Source of the DNA: Oikopleura dioica
Taxonomy: Eukaryota; Animalia; Chordata
Length of the DNA stretch: 64,000 nt
Reading direction: 5' to 3'
NCBI GenBank assembly: GCA_907165135.1
Contig: OU015566.1
Coordinates: 14,074,001 to 14,138,000, forward strand
Shown piece by piece: positions 11,599 to 28,095 of this stretch (position 1 is the first letter of the stretch; every line of letters begins with the position of its first letter). Under the pieces are notes generated by a model, which worked only from the letters and a program-made list of their open reading frames with translations, ran no database searches and had not been told where the DNA came from. The translations under genes were made by a program, and so were the position numbers.

Positions 11599-13116
11599 TC
11601 AGGGATTTCTGCCGAACGCGCTCTGAAAACAGGGATTAGCGATTATCATAAGATCATGTAGATTTACCTGCGCGCTGTGCTGTGCAGCCTGAGTAGCAGC
11701 GCTGGTGGCCGCGTTCCTGACAGTTTCATTCGACCAAAGCGTCGTGCCGATCGAGCTCTGTCCTTCTGTCATCGCCTTGCCGAAGGTAGCGCCTGTTGCA
11801 CGGTAGATTTCGTGCACTTTTCGAAGCATTATCAGAGCGAAACACAGGCAGATCCTTAAATTAAGGTAGAAAAGGCGGAAAAGGAGGGATTCTTACGTGA
11901 AAGCGATGGAAGAAATCATGGAAATGATGCCAGAAGCGACGTCTTCTTTGATTGCGGCGATCGAAACTACCCAGCCGCAGTAGCCCATTCCTTTGATACC
12001 AATAACCATCAATAAAAGCCAGCAAATCTGAAACGACATTAGGTGCTTGTTTCTTTGTGATGCTGCCGATCTTTCGTGAGGTTGTTTACCTGGAAGAAAA
12101 AGATGAAGAAGAAAATGAAGAAATTGAATGAAGAATCGCTCTTGAACGCTCTGTAAGCGGGAATGTACCAGCACATGGAGCAGGGAGAATAAAGCCCGAG
12201 CCAGAGGACTGACAAGCCAAAGTTCTTGGGTCCACTTTCGCTGTCGGCCGTTTCGCTTTTGCTTTCTGCGATCTGAAAGAAAAATATGGAAAAAGAAGCA
12301 GGAAAAAATGCATTACCCAGAAGGTCATATTTCCAAGAACATTGAGGAAAAGACAGAGGACGTAGGTCATCCAGAGGTAGTACAAGTAACGCACCGTCTT
12401 TTGGAAATCGAGCGGGATTTCGAGACTGATGTCGTGGTAAAAACACGGTTTTACTGGAAACCAGGACGGCAGGGGAGGCCAGTTGTTAGGCTGGACGGTT
12501 CCGCCGGTCTGAAAATGGAGTTAAAATGAGTAAAACGAATGATAAAAGAGTTCATGCAGTGATAAATGAAGAAAAAGATAAGGTGTCTTTACCAAAATTT
12601 ATTACCAAAAGATGATACTACTAAAATATTCAAAACAACCATTCAAAAGAATCTCGCTAACCTGTAAATTGCGCTCCCTTCTTTCCAGCTCTTTCTCCTT
12701 CTGCTCGAGTTCTTGTTGTCTCTTCATCAAATCCTCGTGTCCTGGAAGATCGGAAATCCCCTTTGGTTTCGGAACTTTCGGCGCCGATTCGGCGATCGGA
12801 ATCGAGGTCATCTGTCCGGTCGGAGCGGCGCTCTGGGTTGGCGCGCTCGGAGCTAGAAAAATGGGTGAAATTGGGGAAAGGGAAAGATTTGAATTGATAA
12901 ATGAAGGTAAGTGTAGGTGGTAAAGGTTTTACCATGTGCTGGGTGGAGAAAATACTCATATTCATCTGTTAAATCTTCAAAAAAGGCAATTCCAGCGAAG
13001 AAAAAGAAAGAAAACTTACCGACATCGTCCGCAAAAGGATTGTCTTCAACAGCAGGGGCCTGAGCCGCTGCTCGTTGAGCTTCTACGACCGAAGGATCAG
13101 CGAACGGATTATCCAT
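11599..13116 (-). CDS. SCAMP: Secretory carrier membrane protein (SCAMP family)
   Basis: N-terminal NPF repeats (MDNPFADPS...DNPFADD), coiled coil [31 protein letters not shown] segments, [21 protein letters not shown]. Confidence 0.92.
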
Positions 13117-13625
13117 TCTTCAATTATTTCAAAATCAAAATGGCTTCAATGTTTTTTGAATTAGTAGTGAACAAGTTTTATTTGCTGCTTGATGTCTTTT
13201 TTGGTCGTTTTTGTTGTTAAGTATTTGTTTGAAATTGCATGATTGTTATTTACAGTCGTTGTTATGATGAAAATATAAAGTGTGCTGTATTAAAATTTCA
13301 AAAAAATAGAACACAGAAAAGATGTCACATGTCTTTGGTTAAAATTCCGAGTACGAGGAGTTGTCGGTTTTGTTATTTGGAGATAGGAATGGACAGAAAG
13401 CGAAATTTGCTCAAATTTGAGAATATTTGATGAAAACAGGAATTTTGAAATTGAACTCAAGGCATATTTTTGAAAAAAAAGAGAAAGGGATATCTGTATA
13501 TTCAGACGTTTCTGTAAGTGAAGTGCACTAATGAGTGAGTGAGAATAAAAATGAAAGAACAATTTTGTGAAGATTGACGAGGCAATTTTTCAAAAGATTG
13601 AAAACGAAGATAGGAGAAGCCGGAT

Positions 13626-16565
<2,940 letters not shown>

Positions 16566-17149
16566 GTTTTCTGCGCAATTCTTTCTTTTTTCGTTTTTTC
16601 AAAATATTTTTCTCAAAAAGCCTTCATGTGATTTTTCTTTTCTCTCTTTATTTTGTTGTTTTCTTGTTTGTAAAGCCGCTTGGAAAGCTGAAACTGTTTC
16701 TCTTTTTATATTTTTATTTTCGCTTTTTCAGATGATTTTTTTCCTTTTCGGACGCGGCCTCGATTGGGCGCGATGAGTCATCGCTGCGCCGCCGCGGCCA
16801 TTTTCCGCAAATTTGCGCTTTTCAAAACGAAACAGAGAAATTTACAATTTTCGGGGTTTTCGCGTTTTACGAGTTTTACGAATTTGTTCAAGGTGAAAAA
16901 AATTAAGAGAGAATTACGAAGATCTTTAAAAAAAAATAGAAAATTTGCTGAGTTTCTCTCAAAGATTATTTTTTATTATTTATCTATAATGAATATTTTA
17001 AATAGCAGCGTTATCAACATTTAAATTATTTTGATAAGAGTCATTCGTTTTCTGATTGGCCAGACATTCTGTATCAACTTCTGTCTGTCTTTTATTTTCC
17101 TGATTCTTCTCAATTTTTAGCATTTTTCACGATTTTCAGAAAGAAAGAG

Positions 17150-18694
<1,545 letters not shown>

Positions 18695-18925
18695 GCCCAT
18701 GACTTCCACAGGACCTTTTCTTTCATTTTCCGTTAACCAACTTTTACACTTTCAATTATCTCTTTCGTTTCGTTTTTTGCTGCTTCCTTTACCATGTTCC
18801 TTATCAATTTCTCTACTTTTCTGAGCTTCAACATGCCGCATGTTACATGCGCCAATTCGAAATCGAATTGTCTATCTTCAAAATAAAATTCCGAAAAAAC
18901 AAAGTCCTTTATACAGTAATAGTTT

Positions 18926-19707
18926 CTACAGTTGGCAAACCATGAAATGGCATTCTCCAGATTCGAGTTTTCCGTTGTAATGAGCCGCTCCGAAAGCTTC
19001 TTCGTAATTTACCGATGTTGCAGTTTCAAAACCGAGCTAGAAAGTAGTCAAATTAGGAGCAAACCAGCGAGTTACCTTTTGATAGGTCTTTCTCAAAGGC
19101 TCGACTGTAGCAAAAGCAGTAGCATGGTTTCTTCCTCGTTCTCGCGCTCGGTCCAGGGCGGTTTTTACGAATTCAGTTCCGATTCCTTGTTGTCTTCAAA
19201 AATGAAAGGGGGAGAATTGAATGAAAATTTACCTCAGATCGGTTCGAACAACAACAGTAGCAATTTCGTAGCATTCTTCCGCTTCTTTGACGTTGAATTG
19301 CTGATCGAGGTTTTTGGTGTCGCCGATGAGGGATTTGACGAATTCTAGAGCAGAAATCGGCCGCTGGAAGTTTGGAAGACAGGGGCAACAGTTGAGCCAG
19401 CAGAGCGCGGAGGAAATCAGCGACAGCTCCGTTTTCTTCGAAATGTCGTAGCCGACTACAATGTTTTTTTCGGAAGAAAAGGTGCGAAAAACATACTGAT
19501 AACCGCTGCCAATTTGCCATCCTGATCCCTGTAGCAGATATTTAACTCATTGTCGCAAGCGTACGCCACGAATTGCCGCAGTCTCTTTGGATTAGGTTTT
19601 TCAGTCGTTTGCGCTGCCGCCTGAGCGAATGCATTTTTCTGGAGAAATTCTAGCACCTCGTCCGTCTGATCGCCGACGATTTTCTCTAAATGAAGCTCGG
19701 CTCCCAT
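18926..19707 (-). CDS. GNAT-family N-acetyltransferase (insect arylalkylamine NAT-like fold)
   Basis: Spliced motif A VVVRTDLRQQGIGTEFVKTALDRARERG, then ATAFAT...YQKLGFETATSVNY. Confidence 0.7.
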
Positions 19708-19996
19708 TTTGTAATTGATTTTTGTTTTGAGGAGATTTTGAGCATTTCCGGTTGAGATTCAATTAATTAAAAATTGAGCTTCTGTCTATTTTAAAATCCT
19801 TTGATTACGGCTGAGAAGATGAGTTTTATGATGATTTCTTTTGAAAGAAAAGAATCATCGAAAGCTTAAATGATTAAAAAATCATCAAACTCACAAACTC
19901 GTAAACACATAGTGGATCGTTAACGCGTAATAATTATACGTCAGCTACTAAACAAGTTGCGTTTTTTGAGTTTTGAGAGGCGAAAAATTGAAGAAA

Positions 19997-21449
19997 ATGA
20001 AAAATCTTGAAACGTATTTATTGTTGATTTTGACAACCATTTTGTACGGCCATCATTTTTGGTTTGTCAGTGATTCGGGTCTAAGAGACACAGAAATAGA
20101 GTTGTTGAATAGATTTCAACGATTTCTTCCTGGAGAAGAAGCAGTTCTTCCGAAATATCAAACAAGGCAAGACTTGATCTCCAATAACCGTCAAAAGAGC
20201 CTTTTTAGGAGCGACAAATTTCTCATCCCTTTCCTGAATTGGGGCCCGAACAATCAACTCCGGGGCCTACAAGAGTCCCTTATTCTTGCGATAAAGCTCA
20301 ATCGAACACTTTGTGTCCCTTTTTTCTTCAAACATTTCACGGTGAGAGCCCAATTCTAGCTCCAAAAGCGAATGAAGAATTTTTCAGGACTTGAGTTTGT
20401 CGGATGGAGAGGAGCACCTGGTGATTCCGAGATTCAGAATTGATGTTCGAAAGATTCATGAATTGATCACGACTTGTGACGTCCACGAAATCGCCGGCAA
20501 CTGTGGTGGGAAAGTTGATTCCCTGTTGATTGGGAGGGACATTTGCTCTGGCGACATTTGGAGGACGACTGAGGAGACAAGGAAGAGACTTGGGCTGGAA
20601 GCATTCATGGAGGAGGAGAGCTGCAGAGGAGTTAAGGGCCTCCCGACGTATCCAGAGGAGAAGAAGATTGTCCGAACCTTGTCGAGTGACAAAAAATGGC
20701 TCGAGGAGTACTACCCTGGGGACGAAAGATGCGCAGTGATTGCCTATCCTTACACTCTCTTCCCAAACTTCCACGGCCAAATCGAACGATTTTTAAGAAA
20801 CAGAAAAGGTGCACAAGGCGAGATCTCGGACTTCGACGCTGAAATTTTCTCCGACGTCATCAATTACGTCGCTCGGCCGCAATTTATGAGAGCGCTGGTA
20901 GACGACTTCGTAAAAGAAAAGCTCTTCGAAGGAAGATTTATCGCCCTTCATTACCGATTTGATGATGTGGACTATTTGTCAAGATGCAGCACCGAAGACC
21001 CGTATAAGATTTGCGACGATTTGATGAAGATGAAGGGGAATATGACCGAATCGGCGGAGATCTTCGTCAATTATCTTGAAAAGCTCAGATCTGAGGACGT
21101 TCCCATAAAAGCTGTTTACTTGGCTTCCCCACCACAAGAAGTCCAGATCAATTTCTCGATCAAAGACGCGCTTCGTCGACGATTTCCAAATCAACAAGTC
21201 GTTTTTCTCGATTCAAAAGACATCGAGCCTTTCTACAATCGACTAGCGAATGTGCCAACTGGTCTGAAAGGAGATGTCATGTCTTCGATTGAGCAAGAAG
21301 TCTGTCTAAGAGCTAGAGTATTCTTGAGAGCGAGGCCGTCTTCTTGGTCGAGCAATGTTCATATCCAACGTGTTGCTGATCCTGAAACAAGGAAGTTTGT
21401 CAAAGATGATCGATTATTACTCGATGTTCTCACTGGAAAATCAACTTGA
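19997..21449 (+). CDS. Type II membrane GDP-fucose O-fucosyltransferase-like glycosyltransferase
   Basis: N-terminal TM; NWGPNNQLRGLQESLILAIKLNRTLCVP; FIALHYR; VYLAS; IEQEVCLRARVFLRARPSSWSSNV resemble POFUT1/2-type (O-FucT) blocks. Confidence 0.75.
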
Positions 21450-21599
21450 ATGAGCGATACTGATACTTTCAACCCTTTTAAATACGCTCTATTATTTCGC
21501 TTTCTGGGATTATATACCCCACTTTCACTGTCCTGTAAATAAAATCTCCATGTTCTCGATTACCGGTCGGTTCTTTTTGGTAAAGAGTTAGCAAAAGCT

Positions 21600-21682
21600 T
21601 GACAAGAGTGGGATTCGAACCCACGCCCTCAAAGAGGACTGCGACCTGAACGCAGCGCCTTAGACCACTCGGCCATCTTGCC
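21600..21682 (-). tRNA. tRNA-Leu-CAG: tRNA-Leu (anticodon CAG)
   Basis: GGCAAGATGGCCGAGTGGTCTAAGGCGCTGCGTTCAGGTCGCAGTCCTCTTTGAGGGCGTGGGTTCGAATCCCACTCTTGTCA: cloverleaf with long variable arm, intact A/B boxes. Confidence 0.97.
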
Positions 21683-22015
21683 ACGGAGGTGCCGGCGACA
21701 AAAGGCACATACAAAAACCAGCTTCATTTTCAGTGATTTTTCGATTCCGGCTTCAGAGTAAGAACTCCAAGAGTAAGCCAAATAACGGGTGGTAGACTCA
21801 GCAGAATCAATCAAGATTGCAATCTGCCAAATCATCCTGCAGCTTTCGCTGGCAGCAGCCGTCTGTAATCAGCCCCAGTCAATCCCAATGTCGCCCGTCG
21901 CCACCCTCTCGCACCTGTCTTTCCAAATAAATACCATTCCCTTTTCCCAGAAAAATCAAATCACTTCTCAAAACAAACAAATCAACAAGCAAAAAAAACT
22001 CCTCAAGAAAAAAAA

Positions 22016-22753
22016 ATGACTTCCTCAACCGACAGCTTCCAAAACGTCGCCTTTGAGCTTCCCCAAGTCGACCTCAGCGATTTGGACTTTCTCGCCGGGC
22101 TCATTTCTCCGTCAACTGTTTCTGAGCAGAGCTATTCTAGTCCCAACTTCGCTCCTAGCTCTGGATACAACTCGGCCGCCTCAGACTTTCCCGTCCACTA
22201 TTCTTCCTCTTCATCTCCCTCTTCTTCTAACAGCTCTCCTGGAAACCCCATCCCATCAGCAGCTCCAGTCAACGCTTCCTACTATCACTACCCATCCCCA
22301 GCTCCTTCTCCCCACTACAGCCCCGAGCAATTCTACCCCCAGCAACAGTACTTCTTTCCTTCTACCTTCTCTCCGACCGACTTCAATCCCCAAGCCCTCC
22401 AATCCTCGATGAACTCCTACCTCAGCACTCCTCCAAGCTTCCACCCTTCTCCCCAACCCCAGCCGCTCAAAATCGCCAAATCAGCTTTGAAAAACCGCCG
22501 TGCTTCCCGCTCCAAGTGTCCCTGCTTGAAATGCTGCCACGCCCGCGCCAACCAAATTCCTTCTCCGACTTACCACGCTTGCGTCGTCAAAAACTGCCAG
22601 AAAAGCTACACTCGGCCTGCTCATCTTCGAAGCCACCTGAAATCGCACGATTCTGACGGGCAATTGAAATGCGATCTTTGCTGCGCCAACTTTCCGACTT
22701 CCGATTTGCTGATTTCGCACATGTTTGAGCATGGAAAGCAAATGAAACTGTAA
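22016..22753 (+). CDS. Intronless Sp/KLF-like C2H2 zinc-finger protein with only two fingers
   Basis: S/P/Y-rich N-terminus, CPCLKC (buttonhead-box-like), HACVVKNCQKSYTRPAHLRSHLKSH, second finger CDLC...HMFEH. Confidence 0.8.
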   Translation: MTSSTDSFQNVAFELPQVDLSDLDFLAGLISPSTVSEQSYSSPNFAPSSGYNSAASDFPVHYSSSSSPSSSNSSPGNPIPSAAPVNASYYHYPSPAPSPHYSPEQFYPQQQYFFPSTFSPTDFNPQALQSSMNSYLSTPPSFHPSPQPQPLKIAKSALKNRRASRSKCPCLKCCHARANQIPSPTYHACVVKNCQKSYTRPAHLRSHLKSHDSDGQLKCDLCCANFPTSDLLISHMFEHGKQMKL

Positions 22754-23124
22754 AAAATTGAAACTTATCTGTACATAATTACAAACCCAAATATATTAAA
22801 AATGTTCGAAAATCGCCAAGCAAATATAGTTGCCTCCTTTGAATGATATAGCAAATGGACTACCGGTAAATGCCGTATTTAATATGCTTTTGAAAGGATC
22901 TTGCGCTAATATTTACCTCTGTACTCTTTAAAAGACAGTTCGTATTTTCTTGAACTCTTTGCCCCTGGAAGTAGAACGTAATAAATCGAAAGTTTTTGAT
23001 GGCGAAGACAGATGAAGCGTTCGAAGGTGAGTCATTCATTTCCTCTTCAGTTCGACTGATGTTATTTTTAACAGTAAGATAGTGTTAAGTATACACTGTT
23101 TAAGATTCGTATAATACTATTCGT

Positions 23125-23384
23125 ATAATAGATTCGTTTTTTATTGGGGACGCGTTTCGGCTACAAAAGTGCCTTCATCAGCCCTAGAACAGAAATTAAC
23201 TTTAGTGCTCAGAAAAAGGAAGAATACTCTTACCTAAGAGTGGGCAGTTTCGAATGAGAACGAAAGTTCTGAAAACAGAAAATGAAAATTCGCTTTCGCG
23301 GCAGCCTGCAGGTGAATGGAGCGGCAGATAATGAAGGCACTTTTGTAGCCGAAACGCGTCCCCAATAAACAACGAATTTATTAT
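23125..23384. mobile_element. Inverted-repeat element (54-bp arms) carrying a hammerhead motif; Penelope/retrozyme-like remnant
   Basis: 23125-23178 is the reverse complement of 23331-23384 with few mismatches. Confidence 0.7.
23146..23184 (-). ncRNA. Minimal type I hammerhead ribozyme
   Basis: GGG-CUGAUGA-A-GGCACUUUUGUAGCC-GAAA-CGCG-UC/CCC: complete catalytic core, stem II, palindromic mini stem III, GUC cleavage triplet, GGG/CCC stem I. Confidence 0.75.
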
Positions 23385-23449
23385 TTTGAGAGGTCAACTA
23401 TAAGACTATGTATAAATCTCTCTATTCAAAAGGCGATTTGCGCGCCCAT

Positions 23450-25271
23450 GAAACAGAAGAAAACAAGGAAGAGAAAAAAGAAAATCAGCCAGTTCCAGAA
23501 AGTTCCAGGCAAAAAGTCACGAAGAGAAAAAAAATTTTGGCCATGATATATAAATTTCAAGACTAGAAAAAGCAGCAAATCGTTATTGACATACATTTTT
23601 ATTGGTGTCGTTGCTGAGGCTAGAATCGCACATGGTTTTTTCACCTCCATCACTGGCCCCACTCTTCCCAGTCTAGCGTTCAACTGCGACGTTTCTGTTG
23701 GTGATGTCTCGTCTGTTTTTGCGTGGAGAGGGCTTGGAAATGTAGTCGGAGCGATTGCCGCTGGAATAATTTTACCAAGGCTTTCATCAGGAAAGGTCAA
23801 ATTGCTGACTATTGGTGGCACGCTACTCGTCAACGGGCTCTTTATCGCCGTCATTCCGCTCTTGACAGAACTTTGGTTGCTCGGAACTGTCGCCTTTGCT
23901 ACTACTTTAACGAGCTCCTATTTCACAACTGGCTTGGAATCGCTTGTGTTGAATATTTTCGGCGCTGAAGGATCCGCTTGGGTCGTCGCGATCTACCACG
24001 CGTTCTTTACTATTGGAGGCTTTTTGGCACCCCTGCTTGTTCAAGTTTTTAAGTCAAGTGATCCTCTCAAGGAATGTGTCACCAACGCCGACAATTTCAC
24101 CGGCTACGACAAAAACTACACGTCAGGAAATCACTTCGACCTCAGTAAGAAAAACCAGTTCCGTATTATCATCCATCCTTTTAAAGTCGACGAGGATATT
24201 CTCCCACCATATTTGATCGTTGGCGTGATTGTTCTCGCAAGTGGAATATTCACCTGTGTTTGTGCTGTTTGGAAGCTCATTGAAAAACTGACAACTGCGA
24301 AACATGATGAGGTTTGTTTCATCATCTGTGTAGTTATGAAAGAGTAGGTTGATATGCGCGGCGAAGATCCTTGGAGAAAACTCCTGGTGTTTTTCATGTT
24401 CACGATGTTTATTCATGCTTGTAGCGCGAACACCGATACGATCTTCCAGGTAAAGAAAAAGAAAACAAAAACTAGAGCCAACAGTGTGCTTTAGTCGTAC
24501 ATCTACTACTACGCACTATGCTCGAAAGCCTTCGACTGGGATCCCGTAAAAGCCAATTACCTTAACATGATCTTCTGGGCTGCCTTGACTGCCGGGAGAT
24601 TCATCGGAACCTACACCACTCGAAAGATTAGACCGACCTTTTTGCTCTTGATCTACTTCATTGGTTCAACAATCGGAATCAGGAAAGGCAAGAAAATCAT
24701 ATACATCTAATTTAAGAGGATTTTCTCTATGCATCGATAAGTTTGATCCTCGGAGTCGATGGCAATATCGGTGGATCTTCAAACGACGCAATTTTATACA
24801 CAGCTACTGTCCTGTTCGGAGTCTTCTGTGCTCTTTTCTACGGTAGCTCGACGAGTCTCTGCAACAGCTTCACGAATCTTGGCCTCACCTACGTCTTTAT
24901 CAACAATCTCGGCGCCTCGGTCGGCACTATGATTGCTCCAACAATCACTGGTTAGTGATTGACCAAGCTCAACTCTTGGTAGTTTTAATTTAGGAAAGCA
25001 CATCGAAGACTCGCCAATTTCATTCGCTTGGGCATGTTTGGTGTTCTGCTTGGGCGTTCTTTTCTTCGAACTGTTTGTTCATCTTGAAGGATTCAGAATA
25101 ATGGATCGTATTTCCTACTCCACTTCTCTCAAGGAACGGTCGATGAGAATTCCCGGACACAGGCTCATACCTTTCGAACCTCAAATCGACCTCCAAAAAG
25201 GCATTCTTACACTGTTCGTTTCCAGTAGAAGGCTTTGGAGAAACAGCGCAGATAAGACCAGAATCTACTGA
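23450..25271 (+). CDS. MFS transporter, MFSD4A/B (NaGLT1)-like; start approximate
   Basis: SITGPTLPSLA, RGLGNVVGAIAAG, HAFFTIGGFLAPLL, YLNMIFWAALTAGRFIG and about 12 hydrophobic segments over several exons. Confidence 0.8.
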
Positions 25272-25599
25272 ATCTGTGATAAAAAAAGACAGCAGTTTGT
25301 TTTAAAATTAGAGAAAAATAATGCTGCGGATGACGAACTAACTGAATTTTACAATATTAGTACCAAATAAATAAAAACCCTGACAAATGATTGTGAACAT
25401 GAATCAAAAAGGGCTGGGGAGAAAGAAGATATTTTCAGGACCTCCTAGATCGTGGGGGCTTAACAGCAATTTGCAATTTCGAAACCTTGGTCAGATTTGA
25501 CTTCAGAAATTGCTCTCTTCCTTGATTTCAAAATCGATTTTCAAGCAGATCGTTGTATAACACGCGTTTTTACGGAAGCCTTTCATAATCATATTATCT

Positions 25600-26148
25600 T
25601 CCAGAATGCCCCAAAGACAACAAACCCACATTTTTTCAACTCACGGGGTCAACGCCCTGGTCCCAAGATCGTTTACGACATCGTTCGAAAACAGCTTGTC
25701 TGTCCAAAATCGCCAATTTTCTTGCTCCAGACAAGATGCTTTTTTGCAATCGCACCCATCTATCTTGCCATTTCAAAACTGTCTCCGCACAATCTATCGA
25801 AATCTTCGCCTTCCAAATCGCGATTAGGATCAAAGGTCGTGGTTCGGACGTGCTAAAAAACGCTGCCGCGCAAACTGGTCCGAACCAGAGCCATATTTGG
25901 AGCCGCGCCAGCACTTTATATACCTCGTGCTCAGCCGATTTTCTCAATTTCCACAACTCACGCCGGGCCAGAACGAAAAATACGCCCGAAAAGTAGCTAT
26001 TTTTTACCTTTCCGAGAAAAAAAACGAAGAATCAAAAATGGACAAGATCGAAATTGCCGCGGAAAACATCATTTCCGACATCAAAGATACCGTCGACCAG
26101 ATTTTCTCGACCGAACAAATCGTCTACTTCTTGAACTATGCCAGCTGA
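25600..26148 (+). CDS. Possible small hypothetical protein (exon structure unresolved)
   Basis: Protein-like terminal ORF ending ...DQIFSTEQIVYFLNYAS*; no recognisable motif. Confidence 0.3.
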
Positions 26149-26832
26149 GAAGGTTTCCAAACGGCCATGAAACCAGAAAAACCTCTACAAAACACCGCTT
26201 ACTCCTCCCTTTTTGTGAAAAACTGTATTAGCCTGACTGTAGCTCAGGTTATTTCCCTTCTACCTGCATCACCTCTTTCTCAATTGTGTCTCAATCACCT
26301 CTTTTGTCTCTTTGGAATGTCTGTTTGTCTGCTTGCTTGAATCAAAAACACCTCTTTTCTTACTGTTATTAGTAGCTCTTGACTAGTGAAATCATAGAAG
26401 AGATTCACCTTTTGATGTATTATGCCTGGAATCAATTTTCTTCGAATATTTTGACCAGTTCAAGAGTCAACCTTTAGGATCAATAAACGAATGAATATGC
26501 TTATTTATACTTAATTTATTAGCATTTTAAAGGCAGCAGGATGATATTTCATCCCCCCTCCACCAAGGTCAACCAGAGTCCTTTTGACAATATTCAGCCT
26601 TCATCCATAGTTTTAAGGGAAATGAGTTCGCATAGAATAATTTCCCACCTTCTCTTAGGCAAGATGTGTATTCATTTCCATCTTAGGCGATGTCTATTGA
26701 CGCAACCGTAGCAACTGACGCAAACCCCCCAAACCGTAGCTACTGAGGCGCACCCTCCGTGAGAATATCTTCCTCGATCTTTGAGGCGAAATTCCTTGGT
26801 TTTGGAGTTGGTTAGGTCAGAGTTGCAAATTT

Positions 26833-27174
26833 GCTGAGCTGAGTGAGCTGAGCTGGCTGAGCGAGCTCAGCTGAGTGGTTCTGGAAAATGATCTGATGTG
26901 CTCAGTTCAGCTCAGACAATTTTCACTCAGCTCAGCTCAGCTCAGCTCAATTGTTTTGGAACATGATCTGATGCTCAGCTGAGCTCAGACAATTATCACT
27001 TAGCTCAGCTCAATGAGCTCAGCTCAGCTCTAATTAGGGTCTGCTCAGCTCAGCTCAGCTCAGCTCAATGACCTTTGAAAAAGGCCAGCTCAGCTCAGCG
27101 CAGTAACCTCCAAAATAGGCCAGCTCAGCTCAGCTCAGAGAAATTTTTACTCAGGTCAGCTCAGCTCAGCTCAG
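26833..27174. repeat. Arrays of the AGCT-containing pentamer (GCTGA)n then (CTCAG)n with higher-order units
   Basis: Directly visible repeats; unit GGAA.ATGATCTGATG..CTCAG...GACAATT.TCACT occurs twice (about 26882 and 26959); degenerate GGTTAG/TTTTGGGTTA motifs flank. Confidence 0.9.
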
Positions 27175-27468
27175 AAAAATTAATCAAAATTTGGTTTAGG
27201 CCGAGGTTTTGGGTTAAGTTTTGGGTTAGCAGTAAGTCGTAAGTACTCAGGAGTTCGTACAAAACCTATGACGATCATGATGATTGCTGAGGCATGTTAT
27301 TTTTCCATGATTCAAGCGGCTACGCTGAAATTTCCATGACAAAATAAAATGCCGGTAGAAAGAATTTCGGTAATAAATTTGACCAGCGCTCCACGAGAAC
27401 GGGAATAAAACGGAGGCAAGTTCATCTTTCAGCCACAAAATCTCAAGTTTTCAAAATTTGAAATTCAA

Positions 27469-27948
27469 ATGATAAAAGATATTTTCTTCCTTATTAACTT
27501 CGCTTCGACGGAAGGTCTTTTTATCAAGTTACAACTGCCTCGGTTTGAAAAACTGGTCGGTTCGGAGGTCGATTTGACCCGCCCGATTGCTGTCCAGTCT
27601 GAAAATGACTGTAAAAGCCTCTGTCGATCGGCATCACTATTCATAAGCCCGACTAGACAGTACGATTCCTCCTGTGACTCGCTGAAAATCTACAATAACG
27701 GAAAATGCTCTCTCAATAAAATACCCTCCCTGGAAAAATTCATCGTCGATAAAACAGGATCTCGGGCCCTTTCCTGCACCTTCCTCTGCGGATTGATGTC
27801 TGATTGCAAGATCGTGCAGACAGAGACGAAGATAACGACCAGAATGACTTTCAAGACTTGCTCGTTTTTCGATGGAATTGGTCAAATTCAGCGAACAATC
27901 GTTCCCGTGGAAATTGAAGTCAAAAAAGGCAAATTTTATGAAAAATGA
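27469..27948 (+). CDS. Small secreted Cys-containing protein with PAN/apple-like modules
   Basis: Hydrophobic N-terminus; SENDCKSLC...SC...YNNGKCSL and SCTFLC...C...CSFF spacing. Confidence 0.5.
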   Translation: MIKDIFFLINFASTEGLFIKLQLPRFEKLVGSEVDLTRPIAVQSENDCKSLCRSASLFISPTRQYDSSCDSLKIYNNGKCSLNKIPSLEKFIVDKTGSRALSCTFLCGLMSDCKIVQTETKITTRMTFKTCSFFDGIGQIQRTIVPVEIEVKKGKFYEK

Positions 27949-28095
27949 AATTTTTATTCTTTTACTGGATTTTCCTGGCAATAAATATTGACACGCAAAA
28001 AGCTAGAAAAAAAGGAAAGGAAGCTGAGTCATAAAGTTACGATTTGCCCGTGAGGTCGTTGAGCTCCTTTGTTTGCCCAGAATTCAAAAAAGAGA

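Noticed and set aside
23103-23132. TTCGTATAATA direct repeats resembling a loxP half-site
   Set aside because: Direct not inverted orientation, no 13-8-13 architecture; better explained as a small duplication at the edge of the hammerhead element.
26833-27174. Similarity of GAGCT arrays to immunoglobulin switch regions; also considered as a CRISPR array
   Set aside because: No Ig locus context and no unique spacers; only the repeat structure is retained as a finding.
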